The notes under the pieces were generated by a model. That model had not been told where the DNA came from and did no database searches. It saw nothing but the letters and a program-made list of their open reading frames with translations. A DNA stretch of 44,114 nt from assembly GCA_964244895.1 (NCBI GenBank), contig CAXTKV010000008.1, forward strand, positions 9,072 through 53,185, written 5' to 3'. Position numbers and translations under genes: made by a program. The first letter of the stretch is position 1, and the number at the start of each line of letters is the position of its first letter. Of this stretch, positions 39,344 to 44,114 are shown piece after piece. This DNA comes from an uncultured Deinococcales bacterium (GTDB lineage Bacteria; Deinococcota; Deinococci; Deinococcales; JAAFIG01).

Positions 39344-40390
39344 TCAATCGCCGAAGACAAGATCCAGTACGTCCGCTTTGAACTGCACGCGCTTGCCCTG
39401 CTGCCCCAATAAATCCGAAAGCCGCTCGTCCGACCCGCCGACGCTGACGACATCGTTCTGACTCTGACCGCGAAGGCTCGAGGATTCGACCCAGGCGGGC
39501 AACGAACCGTTGAACTTGCCTTTGGCGCGATCAGAGAAGTAACTCGTGGCCCGCCGGAAGAGTTTGGGCAGGATCAACTGACCGCCAACCCCGATGGATG
39601 CCTGACTGTCCAGCGTGAAATCGCCGGTCTTGTCCGCTGCCCAGACGCCCTTGCGCGACTGCCGCGCCGTCGCGGACACACCGCGAAAGAACGCGCGGTG
39701 CGCTTGCGGCGTGGTGTTGTAGACCGTCAGGTACGCCAGGCCGTTCTCGAGCATGCGGTCGTTCATGGTGCGCCGCAAGATGGTTTCATCCACGCCGATG
39801 CTCGAGCCGTCCTTCACATTCGGGGCGTCGCGCTCCAGCAGCACGTAACTGACGGGCCTGCCGTTGGCTTCGGCTGCGGTGGACAGGATCGCGCCGCGCA
39901 CGCGCGATGGGCTGGAGGCCGAAACCTGCAACCCGCCATTCGTGTACTGAATGCCTGAAAAACCCATCAATTTCAACAGCGCATCCCGAGATTCCGCTCC
40001 GAGCGGTTGCGCTTCCTTGCCGAAGTGCAATTCCGGCGCGTCGATCGCCTCGAAGCGCAACTGCACGCTGCCATCGCCTGAAAACTTGACGCGGCTCGAG
40101 TTCTTCAGTTCGCGCACGAACTGCGCGTTGTCCGGGATGAAACGCACGCTGTCCCCATCCGGTTCCTTGCCGACGATCACGAACGCGCCCTTGATGAACC
40201 GGAACCCACCGCTCGAGCCGCGCGTGCTCGGCGGTCTGGGTGCTGGATTGGAACTCGAGACTGGTGTGTTCGCGGGTGGTTTCGGCGCGTACTGAAACCC
40301 TGACGGGTTCATGGACGGCGCAATCACCGCGAAATACACGATCACGCCGATCAGCACGATCACCGCCGGAACCCAGGTTCGAGGACTCAC
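39344..40390 (-). CDS. Membrane-anchored thermonuclease (SNase)-like protein
   Basis: N-terminal TM + Pro/Ser linker; PDGDSVRF, LRFEAIDAPELH, NGRPVSY, MLENGLAY, ARQSRKGVW. Confidence 0.75.
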   Translation of the reverse strand: MSPRTWVPAVIVLIGVIVYFAVIAPSMNPSGFQYAPKPPANTPVSSSNPAPRPPSTRGSSGGFRFIKGAFVIVGKEPDGDSVRFIPDNAQFVRELKNSSRVKFSGDGSVQLRFEAIDAPELHFGKEAQPLGAESRDALLKLMGFSGIQYTNGGLQVSASSPSRVRGAILSTAAEANGRPVSYVLLERDAPNVKDGSSIGVDETILRRTMNDRMLENGLAYLTVYNTTPQAHRAFFRGVSATARQSRKGVWAADKTGDFTLDSQASIGVGGQLILPKLFRRATSYFSDRAKGKFNGSLPAWVESSSLRGQSQNDVVSVGGSDERLSDLLGQQGKRVQFKADVLDLVFGD

Positions 40391-40426
40391 CCCCGCAGTC
40401 TACCCCGTCCCCGACGGTCTTTCTTT

Positions 40427-41119
40427 TCAGGTTGCTCGAGCCTCGCGCCGCTCGAGCGCCTTCAAGGCTTCCTTTTTCGAGAGACTCGAGAGTTCCCGCT
40501 CGTGATCGTGCACGAAGGCTTTTACCGCATCCGGACTGGAATACGAATACTCGCGCAGCGCCCAACCGATGGCCTTGCGGATGAAGAATTCCGCGTCGTG
40601 CGCGTTCAGCAAAACGTACCGGAACAGGCGCTCCTGATTCGTGTCGCGTTTGAAGGCCAACTGGTGCAGGATGGCGATGCGGCGCAACCAGAAGTTTTCG
40701 TGCGTTGACCACGCCTCGACTCGAGCCAGCGCGACCGGATGTTTTTGCACCAACGCACCCGCCGCGTGCGAGAGCGGATCAATCGTGTCCCACCAGCTTT
40801 TCGCGGTCACGCAATGCTTGATCAGATCCGCGTGCGTGGGTTGCAACTTCTTGCGTTGCCGGTTCAGGTAATCGAGTGCCGCGTACTGGTACTCGCGCTC
40901 CGGCAGGTTCCACAACGCCCGCACGAGCGGCGCGTCAATCGGTTCGTTCAGCACCCCGAGCGCCTGAAAGATTTCTCGAGTCAAGGCCTTGCGCTCCGGC
41001 GATGGAATCCCCAGGAACGCGAATTGATCCCGCATGTACTTTGCCATTCGCTGCGCTTGAGCGGCGTCCCGGTGAGGCTCGAGCGCGGATTGGATTGTCT
41101 CGAGTCCATTAGACGACAT
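40427..41119 (-). CDS. DNA alkylation repair protein (AlkD-like)
   Basis: YMRDQFAFLGI, LWNLPEREYQY, KSWWDTID, EFFIRKAIGWALREYS. Confidence 0.9.
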   Translation of the reverse strand: MSSNGLETIQSALEPHRDAAQAQRMAKYMRDQFAFLGIPSPERKALTREIFQALGVLNEPIDAPLVRALWNLPEREYQYAALDYLNRQRKKLQPTHADLIKHCVTAKSWWDTIDPLSHAAGALVQKHPVALARVEAWSTHENFWLRRIAILHQLAFKRDTNQERLFRYVLLNAHDAEFFIRKAIGWALREYSYSSPDAVKAFVHDHERELSSLSKKEALKALERREARAT

Positions 41120-41164
41120 GTTGACCTCAAGAGCATCAGAGCTGAAAAGATTTGCTCGAGCTGA

Positions 41165-42140
41165 TGACATCACCCAGAATGGGATTTAAAAGACCCATAC
41201 CTTTGTTCGTGGAGAGGCTTCTGTTTGAAAAAAGAGCGCCCTAGACACAAAATCTGCGGATTTGACCATGAGAGGTTTTGCCGAGTCGTATTATATGGAG
41301 CGGCGATAACTGATTGTGGGTGGCAAGAAGGTTGTGGTTCCCGGCTTTGAGACAATCGCGAATGTGTTTTTATTGGGATCGTCCTATCTTGCCTGCCTCT
41401 ACTCACAATTTCTCGACTAGTAATCACGCTGAGGGGGAAAATGCGAATACTTCCTTTTACACTTATTACCTTAATCCCACTATTTGTTACGTATATCCTC
41501 TTTGCTAGTTTCCCGAATGCGGCAATAATAAATGAAAAAAACTATACACTTCAGGGTTCCGTGGCGGCTTATGCTGTTTTAGCCATGCTAGTAAATACTA
41601 TTTTCAGATCTAGTAGTGGATTGAAACAACTTCAACTTGAAGATAATCAGAGGAAACAAGTAGCAACGATCAAAAAACTTACTGGAAGCTGGGTTTATGT
41701 AGAACGACTAACAGAGGTGATTAACAATATGCCTCAACCTACGCAGGAACGCCGTGGACAGGCAGAAGTTTCTATGGTAAACGAAGGGAAAATTGATATC
41801 CGAGGAAACTCAAGAGATAACAATAATAATATTATTAACACCTGGGATGTTCGAGATGTAATTATTAGGGGTGATAGAATTATTCTAATATATTCAGTTT
41901 CGGGTGAGAATGGTAGGTCTCCATGGGAAGGACTAATGGAGCTTGGCATATTTACTGATAACACAAAGAAGGTGGTGAACCTTAGTGGAAGTTTTAGAAC
42001 TATCGGTCTACAGAGAAGTGGGACTGTAGAATTCAAACGAAACGAACCATAGATGTATAAACCAAATTAATCATATAGCTAAATTGGTAAATAGCGATCC
42101 GCGTCTGAGACCCAAGTTGGCAATATAACTCTTGTAAATG
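41165..42140. other. AT-rich islet, probably horizontally acquired
   Basis: Abrupt drop in GC, A/T-ending codons, no CTCGAG and no ACACCGTCC repeat; boundaries approximate. Confidence 0.8.
41441..42052 (+). CDS. Hypothetical 2TM + beta-rich protein (Cap15/S-2TM-beta-like)
   Basis: GAGGGGG RBS; two N-terminal hydrophobic helices; LTGSW...LIYS...EGLMEL...LSGSFRT...SGTVEFKR beta-barrel-like pattern. Confidence 0.55.
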   Translation: MRILPFTLITLIPLFVTYILFASFPNAAIINEKNYTLQGSVAAYAVLAMLVNTIFRSSSGLKQLQLEDNQRKQVATIKKLTGSWVYVERLTEVINNMPQPTQERRGQAEVSMVNEGKIDIRGNSRDNNNNIINTWDVRDVIIRGDRIILIYSVSGENGRSPWEGLMELGIFTDNTKKVVNLSGSFRTIGLQRSGTVEFKRNEP

Positions 42141-43142
42141 TTAATCGAACATCGGGTCTTGCGGGGCCTCGTAGCCCAGGTGATCGTAGGCCAGCGCCGT
42201 GACCATCCTGCCCCTCGAGGTGCGTTTGATGAATCCCAACTGGATCAGGTACGGCTCGTACAGATCCTCGATGGTCAGCGCGTCTTCACTGATCGCGGTG
42301 GCGAGCGTCTCGAGCCCGACCGGGCCACCCGCGAATTTCGTGATCATCACGTCCAGCAATTTCACGTCGCGTTCGTTCAACCCGAGCGTGTCGAGGCCCA
42401 TCTTGTCCAGCGCGTCCGTGGCGCGTTCCTGCGTGACGTTTTCTTCACCTGCGACTTGCGCGTAATCGCTGACGCGCGCCAGTTGGTGCTTGGCGATGCG
42501 CATCGTGCCTCGCGCCCTCGCGCCGATCTCGAGGGCCGCGTCGTGGTCGATGCCGTAACCGCGCACGCGGGCTTCGCGTTCGACGCCCAAGGCCAATTCT
42601 TCCGGTGTGTAGTATTCCAGGTGTTCGATGATGCCGAAGCGGGATCGCATCGGTTGCGTGATCAATCCGGGGCGCGTGGTCGCGCCGATCAGCGTGAAGC
42701 GCGGGATCGGCAGTTGGATGCTGCGCGCGGCTGGCCCCTGCCCGATCACGATGTCCAGCTTGAAGTCCTCCATCGCGGGGTACAGGTGCTCCTCTGCGAC
42801 GCGTCCCAGTCGGTGAATTTCGTCGATGAAGAGGATGTCGCCCTCTTCCAGGGAATTGGTCAAAATGGCGGCCAGATCGCCGGGTTTTTCAATCGCTGGG
42901 CCGGACGTGACCTTGATGCCGACGCCCAGTTCGTTTGCGATCACGTGCGCCAGCGTGGTTTTGCCCAGTCCGGGTGGCCCAAAAATGAGTGTGTGATCGA
43001 GCGCCTGCCCGCGCTGTTTGGCCGCGCCGAGGTACACGCGCAGTTTGGCCTTGAGCCTGTCCTGACCGACGTAATCTTCCAGGCGTTTGGGCCTGTTCGC
43101 GCCGTCCGGGTTGGGTGTTGGTTGGGTCACAGTGGCGAGCAC
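42141..43142 (-). CDS. ruvB: Holliday junction branch migration helicase RuvB
   Basis: RPKRLEDYVGQ, GPPGLGKTT, LFIDEIHRL, LYPAMEDF, GATTR, EPYLIQLG. Confidence 0.98.
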   Translation of the reverse strand: MLATVTQPTPNPDGANRPKRLEDYVGQDRLKAKLRVYLGAAKQRGQALDHTLIFGPPGLGKTTLAHVIANELGVGIKVTSGPAIEKPGDLAAILTNSLEEGDILFIDEIHRLGRVAEEHLYPAMEDFKLDIVIGQGPAARSIQLPIPRFTLIGATTRPGLITQPMRSRFGIIEHLEYYTPEELALGVEREARVRGYGIDHDAALEIGARARGTMRIAKHQLARVSDYAQVAGEENVTQERATDALDKMGLDTLGLNERDVKLLDVMITKFAGGPVGLETLATAISEDALTIEDLYEPYLIQLGFIKRTSRGRMVTALAYDHLGYEAPQDPMFD

Positions 43143-43148
43143 CTCTCG

Positions 43149-43171
43149 AGTATATTACGTTTTCCACGTAA
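43149..43171 (-). promoter_or_regulatory. ruvB leaderless -10 box with adjoining RDRM (DdrO operator)-like palindrome
   Basis: TATACT (43149-43154, minus) 6 nt before GTG; TTACGT-TTTCC-ACGTAA at 43155-43171. Confidence 0.8.
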
Positions 43172-43295
43172 TTTGGTGACTTAAAACGTTCTGAGTCCCC
43201 CGCAGTCTACCGCCCCGCCCAACCCGCCCGAAGTGACCCAGACGCGTTTCCCGAATTGCTGACGCTCGAGACCTGGTTTTGTCTTCCCCTGCGAA

Positions 43296-43343
43296 GTAGG
43301 GGAGGACTGAGTTCAAGAACATCGTCCAGCACGGTGTTCTTGA
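43296..43343. repeat. Dispersed-repeat copy with a leader shared with the 20046 locus
   Basis: GTAGGGGAGGACTGAGTTCAAGAACATCGTCCAGCACGGTGTTCTTGAA. Confidence 0.8.
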
Positions 43344-43421
43344 ATGCTCGAGAAACTGCGGCTGGCACGGTATTTTTAAGGCGTTGATCCAGAATTGACT
43401 CGGGCTTGATAACCCTGAACC

Positions 43422-44114
43422 ATGAACTCGAGTCGGCATCGGTGGTCGCGGTTGAGCATTACCTTCGCGTTGGTCGGGCTGGTCGGCGCGGCGCTCGCGG
43501 GAAGCCGGTGGCTGTCAAGCGGCGAGACGCGCCCGCGCGGGATCGTGGCCGCCGTGCGCCCCGGCGCGGCGCAGTGGGTGGCGGGTCAACCCAAATTGCT
43601 GCCGTACATCCCGACGTACTTCAAGGATGTCAAACCGATCCTGGACAGGAACTGCGTGGGTTGCCACACGGAAGGCAGCATCGCGCCGTTCAAACTGACC
43701 GACGCGCAATCCGCCGTGGAACACGCGCGGGCTGCGCAACTGGCGGTGCAATCCAGACGGATGCCACCGTGGCAACCCGGCGAGAACAGCCCCAAATACC
43801 GCGACGAACTGAAATTGACGGATGACGAGATCGCCGTGATCGCCAACTGGTCGTGGGCGGGCGCACCGCTCGGCAAGGAAAGCGACGCGAAACCCGCACC
43901 CGTCAAGGCGACCGACGCGAAACCTGATCTGACCATCGACATCGGGCGGGATTTCAAACCCGACGCGCGGCTCTCTGACGAGTACCGCTGCTTCGTGATC
44001 GACCCGAAAATCACGGCGGAACGCTACCTGTCCGGCTACGGCATCGCGCCCGGCAACGCCAGGATCGTGCATCACATCATTTTGTTTCAGGTCAGTTCCG
44101 ACCTGGCCGACCAG
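43422..44114 (+). CDS. Exported cytochrome c + copper type II monooxygenase-like protein (3'-truncated by the window)
   Basis: Not in the ORF track; my translation MNSSRHRWSRLSITFALVGLVGAALAG...PTYFKDVKPILDRNCVGCH..GSIAPF...RRMPPW...DEYRCFVID...PGNARIVHHIILF, open to the window end. Confidence 0.8.
   Translation, partial: MNSSRHRWSRLSITFALVGLVGAALAGSRWLSSGETRPRGIVAAVRPGAAQWVAGQPKLLPYIPTYFKDVKPILDRNCVGCHTEGSIAPFKLTDAQSAVEHARAAQLAVQSRRMPPWQPGENSPKYRDELKLTDDEIAVIANWSWAGAPLGKESDAKPAPVKATDAKPDLTIDIGRDFKPDARLSDEYRCFVIDPKITAERYLSGYGIAPGNARIVHHIILFQVSSDLADQ

Noticed and set aside
41170..41440. Retron ncRNA or partner gene upstream of the 2TM protein
   Set aside because: No reverse transcriptase nearby, no clear flanking inverted repeats, and only short motif-less ORFs
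41165..42140. IS element or prophage remnant as the islet vehicle
   Set aside because: No transposase or integrase, terminal inverted repeats or target-site duplication seen

Overview
High-GC chromosomal window (about 65% by eye) from a Deinococcota (Deinococcales-like) bacterium. The assignment is inferred from at least 15 genes with a TANNNT -10 box 5-7 nt upstream of the start codon, and from a DdrO/RDRM-type palindrome upstream of ruvB. It holds about 40 CDS. Housekeeping and metabolic genes include uraD, an amidase, a peptide ABC transporter (SBP + 2 permeases), nnr, alr, aroE-like, an acetamidase, AlkD-like and ruvB. Accessory modules are: (1) a STAND-TPR-BTAD regulator followed by a double zinc ribbon and two lipoproteins, one an astacin protease; (2) a LacI-type sensor-GGDEF cyclase between sugar-catabolism genes; (3) a TetR-controlled six-gene operon with an ABA4-like protein and a lipoprotein ending in CxxCH; (4) an AT-rich islet with an orphan 2TM/beta-rich (Cap15-like) gene; (5) a truncated cytochrome c/copper-monooxygenase-like gene at the right edge. 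The most striking non-coding signals are a dispersed palindromic repeat family (ACACCGTCCAGCACGC...GCGTGCTGGACGGTGT) in most intergenic spaces and strong over-representation of CTCGAG. There are also GTAG-type REPs and short tandem repeats. No tRNA, rRNA, CRISPR array or transposase was recognised. All functional calls come from motif recognition only, with no database searches.
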